From an uncultured Candidatus Saccharibacteria bacterium (lineage in GTDB: Bacteria; Patescibacteriota; Saccharimonadia; Saccharimonadales; JAGQNJ01): a stretch of 64,000 bases of DNA. The stretch covers positions 66,748 through 130,747 of the forward strand of contig CAZPAW010000002.1 of NCBI GenBank assembly GCA_964584895.1, given 5' to 3'. The notes under the pieces are model-generated. The model did no database searches. It saw only the letters and a list, made by a program, of their open reading frames with translations, and was not told where the DNA came from. Numbering within the stretch: the stretch's first letter is position 1; each line of letters starts with the position of its first letter. The position numbers and the translations under genes are program-made. Shown in pieces: positions 31,083-39,817 of this stretch.

Positions 31083-32423
31083 ATGGTAAAACAAAAAAAG
31101 ATCTATGTTTGCGGTAATTGTGGTGCTGAGAGCGTGGTTTGGTCAGGAAGATGTCAGAGCTGTCATGAATGGAACACTTTGGAAGAGGTTACGATAGACT
31201 CAAGTCCAAGTCGTAAAGCCAATAATAGCCAACCAAAAATTACAATAATAAGTGATGCGATTAAAAATAATGAAAAAAGGTATTCTGTAAACCAGACCGA
31301 TATAGATCAAGTCCTTGGCGGTGGAATGGTCCAAGGGGGAGTGATTCTTATTGCAGGAGAACCTGGAATAGGGAAAAGCACGCTATTGCTTCAGCTAGCC
31401 AACGGTATAGCAAGAAATGCCGATGTCCTGTATATAAGTGCCGAGGAGTCAATCCATCAAGTTGGATTACGTGCTAATCGGTTAAAGACCACAAATGTTA
31501 GAATTTCTTTTTCCGATGAATCTGACGTTGATTTGATATCCGAACTAATCCTTAAATCAAAATATAATGTTGTAATTGTCGATTCGATTCAGACCGTATC
31601 TACAGAATCATTGTCGAGCTCTCCTGGATCTATAGGACAAATCACTAGTTGTGCTCATAAATTGATTGCTGCTGCGAAAAAGTCTAACACAGCATTAATT
31701 TTAGTAGGCCATGTTACTAAAGAAGGTAGTATTGCTGGGCCAAAAATTCTTGAACATATTGTAGATGTTGTATTGCAACTGGAGGGCGATAGGTATGGAG
31801 GATTTAAGGTCCTACGTAGCATAAAAAATCGTTTTGGCGCAACCAACGAAGTCGTCATTTTAGAGATGGAAGAGACTGGATTACGGGTAGTAACTAATCC
31901 TTCGAAGGAGTTACTTAATGAAAGACAAAATACTGATGGATCAATAGTACTTGCCACTATGGAGGGTACGAGGCCAATACTTGTAGAAATACAAGCTTTG
32001 GTCAACAAAACTTCATATGGGTACCCAAAAAGAACCTCAAGTGGCTTTGATCTCAATCGACTTAATTTACTTATTGCAGTTTTAGAGAAAAGAACAAAAT
32101 TAAACCTAGCAGATAAAGATATCTATATTAACGTTGTCGGCGGGATAAAGATTGTTGAAAATGCTGGCGATCTTGCAGTTTGTATCGCTATCGCGTCTGC
32201 AGCAAAAGGGTTTAAACTTCAAAATAACGCGGTAGTTTTCGGAGAAGTAGGACTTAGTGGTGAGGTTAGACATGTTAGCGATATATCTAAACGTGTCAGT
32301 GAAGCAAAAAAAATGGGGTTTTTGGCTTGTATTGGCCCCAATTTTGATAAGAAAGTCACTGACTTTCAATACTTTAAAGCCACGAACATTAAAACCATTT
32401 TGAATAAATTCTTGTCGAAATAA
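31083..32423 (+). CDS. radA: DNA repair protein RadA
   Basis: 446 aa. N-terminal Zn ribbon (CGNCG...CQSC), Walker A GEPGIGKST, KNRFG motif and a Lon-like C-terminal domain. Confidence 0.95.
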   Translation: MVKQKKIYVCGNCGAESVVWSGRCQSCHEWNTLEEVTIDSSPSRKANNSQPKITIISDAIKNNEKRYSVNQTDIDQVLGGGMVQGGVILIAGEPGIGKSTLLLQLANGIARNADVLYISAEESIHQVGLRANRLKTTNVRISFSDESDVDLISELILKSKYNVVIVDSIQTVSTESLSSSPGSIGQITSCAHKLIAAAKKSNTALILVGHVTKEGSIAGPKILEHIVDVVLQLEGDRYGGFKVLRSIKNRFGATNEVVILEMEETGLRVVTNPSKELLNERQNTDGSIVLATMEGTRPILVEIQALVNKTSYGYPKRTSSGFDLNRLNLLIAVLEKRTKLNLADKDIYINVVGGIKIVENAGDLAVCIAIASAAKGFKLQNNAVVFGEVGLSGEVRHVSDISKRVSEAKKMGFLACIGPNFDKKVTDFQYFKATNIKTILNKFLSK

Positions 32424-32479
32424 CAAACTATCAGAAAGAATAAGTACGAACTTAGTTGGAAGTATTTAAATAGGGACTT

Positions 32480-35400
32480 TTACAGTGGATAGGAGAAGCT
32501 TATGCTGCTAGTCTTACCGCTAGCTGTTATGGTAGCAGTATAGTTCTTGTCTTCTTCTACGTCTTTGGTAATCGATTTATTCGTAGTTGTAGAACAGCTA
32601 TTCGAACCACCATTTGGCTTCAAGCAGACTTGATAGCTTGTGCCAGAAGGCATTGTAGAGCCAGACCATTGGATCTTTACAATGTTTGCGCCTTGGTCCG
32701 TAACTGAAAGCGAGCCAATTGAAGTTGATGAACTGGATTGTCCTGAGATCGAAGAAGAATCACTGGCGTCATATAAGACACTATCAACCACGGTTGCTAC
32801 TACTTCTTTTGTACCAGAGAAGTTTGGTTTATAGTTTTTGTAAATAACCGTTCCTGGTTTTGTTACATTAAATGATCCGCCTGCAATTTCTGAACCACCT
32901 ACTGTGAAAGTCACTTTTCCTGGGAATCTCGAGCTGGATAGAGGATGTGTTCCTTGAGATATTGTTGCTATTAAGTTGTAGTTGTTGGAGCCTTGTTTTT
33001 GGACAGATAGGGAGACTCGAGGTTTTGAATCACTACATTTGTGGATATCGTCTTGTTGGTTTGAGTTGTTGCCGCCCGCATCAACGAAAGTATCTCCAGA
33101 AAAACTAGACGCGTCCGTCTCAGTCAGAGTTTTCTTGGCTCTTTTTGGAGTACAGCTAGTAGCTAACTTATTCGATACAATATCAATTGTTTTCTTTGAA
33201 GCAGATTTTTTCTTGTTATTTTCGTACCAACTAGGATACAAATCTTGGGCTGGACTCGGCTCTACCGATCCAATACCTACGTGGTTACGAATAACGTAAG
33301 CTTGAGCTTCTTTAACGCCAGGCGGTTTCTTCCAGTCTTTAGCGGGTTTACCCTCATGAGCTGATTGCATCCAACCTTGCCAAATTGGTTGAGTCATTGA
33401 TTCCATTGTCCCGACCATTTCGACTTGTCTTGTGTGATGTCCAACCCAAACGCTGGCGGCATATTTTGTAGAATAACCTGTCATCCAACCGTCCTTAGCG
33501 TCGTTAGTTGTACCGGTTTTCATAGCAAACTTCCAGCCGTTAGGGCCATACTGAGGTTTTCTCCCAGCAGGGAAGTAGCTAGCATTAGGATCGGACAGTA
33601 TGTGATTAATAATATAGGCTGAATCTTCTTTTACTGCCTGCCTATCTTTATTTTTTTCATCCCTTGACCAATCGTAAATCGGTTTACTTGACGAATCTTC
33701 AATCTTTAGTATGTAAGTTTGAGGTATGTATTTGCCATTTCGTGATAGTGAAGCTTGTGCATGAACATGCTCATCTAATTTTAAATAAGCACCGTCGCCA
33801 ATTGCAGACGAGCCTCCACATTGAATTTCTTTTTCTAAAGCTTCGTCTCCGTAACAATTATAGCCACTTTCTAATCCTAGATTTTCAGATGTTTTTATTG
33901 TTTTATCGACACCATTTATAAGCATTGCTTTTACTGCTGGTACGTTTCTTGAACCTCCGAGCGCGTATCTAATAGTTACCGGACCGGGAAAGCGGAAATC
34001 ATAGTCATATAAGCAGTTGCCGTTTCCTCTTGGTGGTGGCAAACCTTTATTAGTACAAGGATATCCTTCTAACTCGCCTTGAGTGTCATACAGTACTGAT
34101 CCAGCACCAAAGTTATTCTGGTTATCAATTAGAGATACGTAATCGTATGGCTTGTAACTCGAGCCTGGAGGCAATTTTGTTTGAGCATAATTTAATTGAC
34201 CGAATTCTTTATTAGAAAAATCTGTTCCTCCAACAAGCGCAACCATTTGTCCTGTTTCGACGTCCTCTGCGGCAAATGCAGCGTTGTCACCGCCTTGCGC
34301 GTAAACTTGGCCTATTCCTGCTTGAATCTGCTCTTCTGCTTTTTTCTGTAGATTCAGGTCTAGTGAAGTGGTCACTCTCCAACCGCCAATATCTGCTGTT
34401 TCTGAGGCTATTTTGTTTTGAATTTGGTTTTTTGCTGCAAGAACAAACCAAGGAGCTTTTATTCCAGCATATTTTGCTTTTCGAGGTTTGACTGTCTTTA
34501 AGACGTTAACTTTTTTCGCAGCATCTCTTTCTTTCGATGTTATCATGCCCTGTTCTACCATCTGGTCCAATATATAATGTTGTCTGTTAGTAAAGGCTTC
34601 TTTCTCAAAATCTTGACTATAAGGTGAATAGTATCTAGGTGATTGAGGTATTGCTGCCAGCATCGAAGATTCTGCCAAGTTTAATTCTTTGGCAGATTTA
34701 TTAAAGTAGTCTCTAGCAGCAGCCTCTGCACCATACTCAATACCGCCATACGGAGCAGTATTAAGATAGCCAGTTAGAATTTCATTCTTAGAGTAACTTC
34801 TTTCTAATTCAACTGCTAGAATTACTTCTTTGACTTTCCGACTGATTGTACGCTCTTGTGTCCAGTTTTGAGTTAGTTTTACTAATTGTTGTGTAATCGT
34901 AGATCCGCCTTGAGTACTTCCGCCAAATGCGTTATTCCAGGCAGCTCTTGAAATTCCTCTGACATCAAATCCACCGTGTTTGAAGAAATCTTTATCCTCG
35001 ATAGCGATTGTCGCATCTTTTAACTCTTGAGATATCTCATCTTCTTCTACAGGAATTCTTTTTGCAGCATCATAATCTTCCCATAAAAGAACTTTGTTAG
35101 TTCGGTCATAATATTGGATACTTCCACCTAGATTACTGCCTGTTATTGATCTCAGGTCGGGTAAATCCTTCCTAAAATATGCAAACATCCCAACTAGCAA
35201 CAAGAATCCAGCTATAAATCCAATGCCAAGCACTTTCAAAGCCATTATTCCGCCTTCGCGACTAAACCAGTAATTATATAGGCGCTTTGGATGTAGTCTG
35301 TAGAAAAATCTATGAATTGGGTTTTTTGGCATACCTGCTAAACGTTCGGCTTTTGACCGACTTTTTTGGATAGATCTAATTTTGAGTTTTTCAGATATAC

Positions 35401-35482
35401 TTCGGTGAATTTTTACTGTTGATCCGCTTTTTGTAGTAAACGAGTTTCTTCCTACTCTTGGTCTTCGGCGATCTCTTGCCAT
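32480..35482 (-). CDS. Bifunctional class A penicillin-binding protein (PBP1A-type) with a long C-terminal extension
   Basis: 1000 aa. GT51 motifs (EDKDFFKHGG, GGSTITQQLVK) and transpeptidase motifs (SSYKP, KTGTTND). About 280 aa of extra S/T/G-rich beta-type C-terminal region. Confidence 0.9.
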   Translation of the reverse strand: MARDRRRPRVGRNSFTTKSGSTVKIHRSISEKLKIRSIQKSRSKAERLAGMPKNPIHRFFYRLHPKRLYNYWFSREGGIMALKVLGIGFIAGFLLLVGMFAYFRKDLPDLRSITGSNLGGSIQYYDRTNKVLLWEDYDAAKRIPVEEDEISQELKDATIAIEDKDFFKHGGFDVRGISRAAWNNAFGGSTQGGSTITQQLVKLTQNWTQERTISRKVKEVILAVELERSYSKNEILTGYLNTAPYGGIEYGAEAAARDYFNKSAKELNLAESSMLAAIPQSPRYYSPYSQDFEKEAFTNRQHYILDQMVEQGMITSKERDAAKKVNVLKTVKPRKAKYAGIKAPWFVLAAKNQIQNKIASETADIGGWRVTTSLDLNLQKKAEEQIQAGIGQVYAQGGDNAAFAAEDVETGQMVALVGGTDFSNKEFGQLNYAQTKLPPGSSYKPYDYVSLIDNQNNFGAGSVLYDTQGELEGYPCTNKGLPPPRGNGNCLYDYDFRFPGPVTIRYALGGSRNVPAVKAMLINGVDKTIKTSENLGLESGYNCYGDEALEKEIQCGGSSAIGDGAYLKLDEHVHAQASLSRNGKYIPQTYILKIEDSSSKPIYDWSRDEKNKDRQAVKEDSAYIINHILSDPNASYFPAGRKPQYGPNGWKFAMKTGTTNDAKDGWMTGYSTKYAASVWVGHHTRQVEMVGTMESMTQPIWQGWMQSAHEGKPAKDWKKPPGVKEAQAYVIRNHVGIGSVEPSPAQDLYPSWYENNKKKSASKKTIDIVSNKLATSCTPKRAKKTLTETDASSFSGDTFVDAGGNNSNQQDDIHKCSDSKPRVSLSVQKQGSNNYNLIATISQGTHPLSSSRFPGKVTFTVGGSEIAGGSFNVTKPGTVIYKNYKPNFSGTKEVVATVVDSVLYDASDSSSISGQSSSSTSIGSLSVTDQGANIVKIQWSGSTMPSGTSYQVCLKPNGGSNSCSTTTNKSITKDVEEDKNYTATITASGKTSSISFSYPL

Positions 35483-35599
35483 TATGCGACTTTCTCCTTA
35501 ACGTTTAACATGAACATTATATCAAAAATAATCTAAACAAACTTATATTTCGCTATTATTAATATCTAATATATTTTTCTGGTATACTCGTTTACGAAC

Positions 35600-36376
35600 A
35601 TGACAAAAAACCAAACCAATCGAAAAAAAGCAGATCAGTATAACGACCCAAGCCATAATTATCAGAAATACTGGGAAGGTAGAGAGTACGAAAACGCAGC
35701 AGAAGAACTTGCAATAAGGCGTTTATTAAAAAACCGATCATTCAAACACGCTGTAGATGTTGGTGGAGGATACGGGCGTCTTTGTCTATTGCTAGAAGAG
35801 TATGCAAAAAAAGTAACATTAGCCGAACCAAGCAAACAGCAACTTGACTTGGCTAAAGACTTTTTAAAGGGCCACAAACGAATTGACAGGGAGCTAATGC
35901 AGGCTGATGACCTTAAATTTAAAGACGATTCTGTAGATCTTATAACAATGGTTAGAGTGATGCATCATCTGCCAGATCCTTCATTGGAATTTTCAGAAAT
36001 TGCACGAATTCTGTCTGATGATGGATTTTTTATTTTAGAAATTGCAAATCTTGCTCATATAAGGAACAGGATAAAATATATGATTAAAGGAAAGAAAATT
36101 CCGATAGATCCTGTAGATATTAGAAGCCCAAAAAATCGCAACAAGAATGAAGTCGAATTTGTTAATCATAATCCAAAGAAAGTAACACGACAGTTAGCCC
36201 ATGCTGGCCTCAAAGTCGACAAAGTTCTGTCCGTATCAAACCTCCGTAGCCCAGGTCTTAAAAAAATAGCCCCTATTAGTGCCATGACGACTGTTGAAAA
36301 GTTTTTACAAAGACCTCTGGCTAGGGCTCACTTTGGACCAAGTGTATTTATGCTTGTTAAAAAAGCGAAATCTTAA
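35600..36376 (+). CDS. Class I SAM-dependent methyltransferase
   Basis: 258 aa with motif I VDVGGGYGR. Confidence 0.75.
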   Translation: MTKNQTNRKKADQYNDPSHNYQKYWEGREYENAAEELAIRRLLKNRSFKHAVDVGGGYGRLCLLLEEYAKKVTLAEPSKQQLDLAKDFLKGHKRIDRELMQADDLKFKDDSVDLITMVRVMHHLPDPSLEFSEIARILSDDGFFILEIANLAHIRNRIKYMIKGKKIPIDPVDIRSPKNRNKNEVEFVNHNPKKVTRQLAHAGLKVDKVLSVSNLRSPGLKKIAPISAMTTVEKFLQRPLARAHFGPSVFMLVKKAKS

Positions 36377-36413
36377 CTACCTTGAATCCTGTATGTCTAT
36401 AATGTGACGATAT

Positions 36414-38447
36414 ATGGATAAGGAAATAACTCTAGACGAAGTACAAGGAATCGGACCAGCTGCTGTTCGAGGATTGAAGAGCGTTGGAATTACTAGTCTA
36501 GAAGATTTATTGACATATTATCCCAAGCGATATGAGGACTATTCAAAACTGCTTCAAATAAATGAAATTAAGCCTGGGCAGGTTTCTATTAAGGGAAAAA
36601 TTTCTAATATTGTAGGTCGATATGTGCGTCGTGGTATGCATATAACAGAAGCGGTACTGAACGACAAGACAGGTTCGGTTCGTCTTGTTTGGTTCAATCA
36701 ACCATACAGGGCTAGTTCAATTAAAGTTTCTTCAGAGTATTTTGTTTCAGGAAAGTTTCAATTATCTAGACAAAGACTGAGTATTATAAATCCCACTATC
36801 GAATTAGTAAGTGATTTTCCATTGAATACAGCTCGAATTATACCTGTATACCCACAAAATAAATTAATAAAGTCTTCTCAGATTCGAAAATTTATTAAAA
36901 ATGCATTAGTCTATTCAACAAATATTGAAGATATAATTCCCCCAAATATCATAAAAAAGTATGATATATTGCCAAAAAAACAAGCAGTGCGGTTAATTCA
37001 TTTTCCCAGTACAGTTCAAGAATTAGACAAGGCGACATATTCACTTGGATTTAGCGAACTATTTGAACTGATATTAGCTAATATAATTAACAGAAAAGAA
37101 CTCAATCGTGCAAATTCAGTACAAATAAAATTCGACGAAAAATTAGCTAAAAATTTTGTTAGTAATTTGGCTTATAAACTAACAGATGATCAACGGATTG
37201 TAACGTGGCAGATTTTAAGAGACCTTGATAATAAGCACGCTATGAACCGTTTGTTGGAGGGTGATGTGGGATCTGGAAAAACTGTAGTGTCGGCTATGGC
37301 TGTTGCGATGACAATAAGTCAAGACTACCAAGTATTTATACTAGCGCCAACTGAAGTGTTGGCCAGACAACACGCAAACACTTATAGTGATCTTTTAAAA
37401 CCTTTAGGCCTAGATCATTACGTAACTTTACTTGTAGGTAGTATGAACAAAAAGCAAAAAACAATTGCTTACCAGAACATTGAAAGCTCTAAATCGAAAG
37501 TGATAATTGGGACACACGCCATACTACAAGAATCGCTTAATGTTGATGAACTCGGTTTGATAATAGTCGACGAACAACACAGATTCGGAGTAGATCAACG
37601 TAAAAAACTATTAAAAAAATCTGGTCATATGGTCCATATGCTAAGCATGTCAGCAACGCCAATTCCAAGAAGCCTAGCTCTGACTGTGTTTGGAGATCTG
37701 GATATAAGCAGAATTAAGACTATGCCAAAATCCAGAAAAAAAGTATCCACAAACCTTGTCGTTCAAAATGAGCGCACGACGATATATAAGGGATTGATTA
37801 GTAATTTAAGTCAAGGCGAACAAATGTTTGTTGTGTGCCCGTTGATTGATAACTCTGATTTTATCTCTGCTCGTTCTGCAAATGTAGTTTTTGATGAATT
37901 AGCATCACTTTACAAAGATTATAAAGTCGCTCTTTTACACGGTAGGCTGTCTTCAATTGAAAAACGTAATATCATGCAAGATTTTGTTGATAATCGAATT
38001 AATGTATTAGTCTCGACTACAGTTATTGAAGTTGGTGTTGATGTTCCAAATGCTACGATCATGTGCGTTGAATCACCCGAGCGATTCGGCTTAGCACAAA
38101 TCCACCAATTAAGGGGTCGAATTGGTAGAGGAGAAAAGCCAGGATACTGTTTCTTGATGCAAACAGATAATGATCCGCCTTCAAAACGATTAAGAGCAAT
38201 AAAAAGCAGTAACGATGGATTCAGATTGGCAGAATTTGATTTAAAGATACGTGGGCCGGGGGCAATTTACGGTAAAACACAGCATGGAATATTAGATTTA
38301 AAAATGGTTGATTTGAGTAACCAGTCTTTGATAAATAGTGCTAGACGAGCAGCCAAAGAGTTACTTAATAATGACCCCGAGATGTTACAATATGATGGAC
38401 TACGAAAACGAATAGAAAAATTACAAAAAGTCACGCATCTAAATTAA
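36414..38447 (+). CDS. recG: ATP-dependent DNA helicase RecG
   Basis: 677 aa. Wedge domain plus helicase motifs GDVGSGKT and DEQHRFG. Confidence 0.95.
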   Translation: MDKEITLDEVQGIGPAAVRGLKSVGITSLEDLLTYYPKRYEDYSKLLQINEIKPGQVSIKGKISNIVGRYVRRGMHITEAVLNDKTGSVRLVWFNQPYRASSIKVSSEYFVSGKFQLSRQRLSIINPTIELVSDFPLNTARIIPVYPQNKLIKSSQIRKFIKNALVYSTNIEDIIPPNIIKKYDILPKKQAVRLIHFPSTVQELDKATYSLGFSELFELILANIINRKELNRANSVQIKFDEKLAKNFVSNLAYKLTDDQRIVTWQILRDLDNKHAMNRLLEGDVGSGKTVVSAMAVAMTISQDYQVFILAPTEVLARQHANTYSDLLKPLGLDHYVTLLVGSMNKKQKTIAYQNIESSKSKVIIGTHAILQESLNVDELGLIIVDEQHRFGVDQRKKLLKKSGHMVHMLSMSATPIPRSLALTVFGDLDISRIKTMPKSRKKVSTNLVVQNERTTIYKGLISNLSQGEQMFVVCPLIDNSDFISARSANVVFDELASLYKDYKVALLHGRLSSIEKRNIMQDFVDNRINVLVSTTVIEVGVDVPNATIMCVESPERFGLAQIHQLRGRIGRGEKPGYCFLMQTDNDPPSKRLRAIKSSNDGFRLAEFDLKIRGPGAIYGKTQHGILDLKMVDLSNQSLINSARRAAKELLNNDPEMLQYDGLRKRIEKLQKVTHLN

Positions 38448-38459
38448 TAGGAAGAACTT

Positions 38460-39287
38460 ATGTATTCAGGCACAACTCTAACCCCATTTTCAGGACGAAT
38501 TCTTGGGGCTCACCAAAAACTTGACCGTGTTGCCAGAAATAATTTAAAAAAATTGATTTCAAACAATGGCGATTTTCCGACTTCGCGCAAAATTCTGCAT
38601 TTTGAAGGGAAAAACGGGCCTGACGCGATAAAGCGAAAAAGTCCTTCGGTTGATGAACCATGGCATTATTACAGCCCATTCAACGAAGAGGATTCACAAT
38701 TGCTCGATTTAATAAGTGATCATTACATTAAGTTAGTCCAAGAATTGAAATCTAAGAATCAGGAACGGATTGCCTTCGAGGCAGCCTGGCTTGCTCATGC
38801 ATTGACTGACGGACTAACACCAGCACACCACTACCCTTATGAACAAAATATAGAAAAAATATGGGGTGGCAACAAAGAATCAAGGACAACCTTAAAATCA
38901 AAATGGTTTCCGCCGGCAGACACAGTAAAAGAGAGACTTGATAAAACTTGGAAAGTCTGGGGCCCTAAAGGTCTGATAAGCGTACATAGTCTTTTTGAAT
39001 TAGGAATCGCTACTATTATTGCGCCGTTATCGATGAAAGAGTCGTTGCCGAACCAATCCGAGCTAATTGATGCTCAAAAAATTGGACTTTTAGAGTATTT
39101 TAAAAATACTGCTAGAGAAATCGCAATTCTAGATATGTACGATAGATTCGTAAAAAAAGGCTGGTCGCCAAAATTAGTAATTGATGTACGTAATAAATTA
39201 GGGCCTGCAATAGCTAAAACCATTACAATTTCTTGGTATTTAGCAATTAATGAATCATGCAAGCCGAAAGTACGCCAAGTGAAGTGA
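38460..39287 (+). CDS. Hypothetical protein (275 aa)
   Basis: Long ORF with no family recognised. The His/Asp-rich segment AWLAHALTDGLTPAHH might be a metal site. Confidence 0.55.
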   Translation: MYSGTTLTPFSGRILGAHQKLDRVARNNLKKLISNNGDFPTSRKILHFEGKNGPDAIKRKSPSVDEPWHYYSPFNEEDSQLLDLISDHYIKLVQELKSKNQERIAFEAAWLAHALTDGLTPAHHYPYEQNIEKIWGGNKESRTTLKSKWFPPADTVKERLDKTWKVWGPKGLISVHSLFELGIATIIAPLSMKESLPNQSELIDAQKIGLLEYFKNTAREIAILDMYDRFVKKGWSPKLVIDVRNKLGPAIAKTITISWYLAINESCKPKVRQVK

Positions 39288-39817
39288 AAGTAATAGCTGG
39301 TTATTTAAAGGGTCGTGAAATAGATGCGTTAATTGGCAAAAGAACTCACCCTATGAGCGAAAAAGCGCGCGGAGGGTTGTTCAATGTGCTTGGCGACCTT
39401 AGTGGACTTGAAGTTTTAGATGCTTTTGCTGGTACTGGAGCACTTAGTATCGAAGCAATTAGTCGTGGAGCTAAGAAAATTATTTCTATTGATATTGATA
39501 AAAAAGCGAATAATGTCTTAAAACAAAATATTAAGTCATTACAAATAGAAGATAAAATTAAAGCAATTAACGCTAATGTAAGTGGATGGTCCGATAATAA
39601 TGTAGGAGCACAATTTGATATCGTAATATCTGCGCCTCCATACGATGGAATAAAATTACCAATCTTAAAGAAGTTAGTAAGCCACGTTAAATCAAATGGA
39701 TTATATATACTTGATTGGCCAGGGAAAATGGAAATACCACAATTCGATTCGTTATCAATCGTCACGAATAAAAATTATGGTGACGCACAACTAGTTTTTT
39801 ATAAAAAAACAGGGTAA
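39257..39817 (+). CDS. rsmD: 16S rRNA (guanine966-N2)-methyltransferase RsmD
   Basis: Motifs DAFAGTGALSIEAISRGA and SAPPYD. The true start may be GTG 39284, which forms a GTGA overlap with the upstream stop. Confidence 0.85.
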   Translation: MQAESTPSEVKVIAGYLKGREIDALIGKRTHPMSEKARGGLFNVLGDLSGLEVLDAFAGTGALSIEAISRGAKKIISIDIDKKANNVLKQNIKSLQIEDKIKAINANVSGWSDNNVGAQFDIVISAPPYDGIKLPILKKLVSHVKSNGLYILDWPGKMEIPQFDSLSIVTNKNYGDAQLVFYKKTG

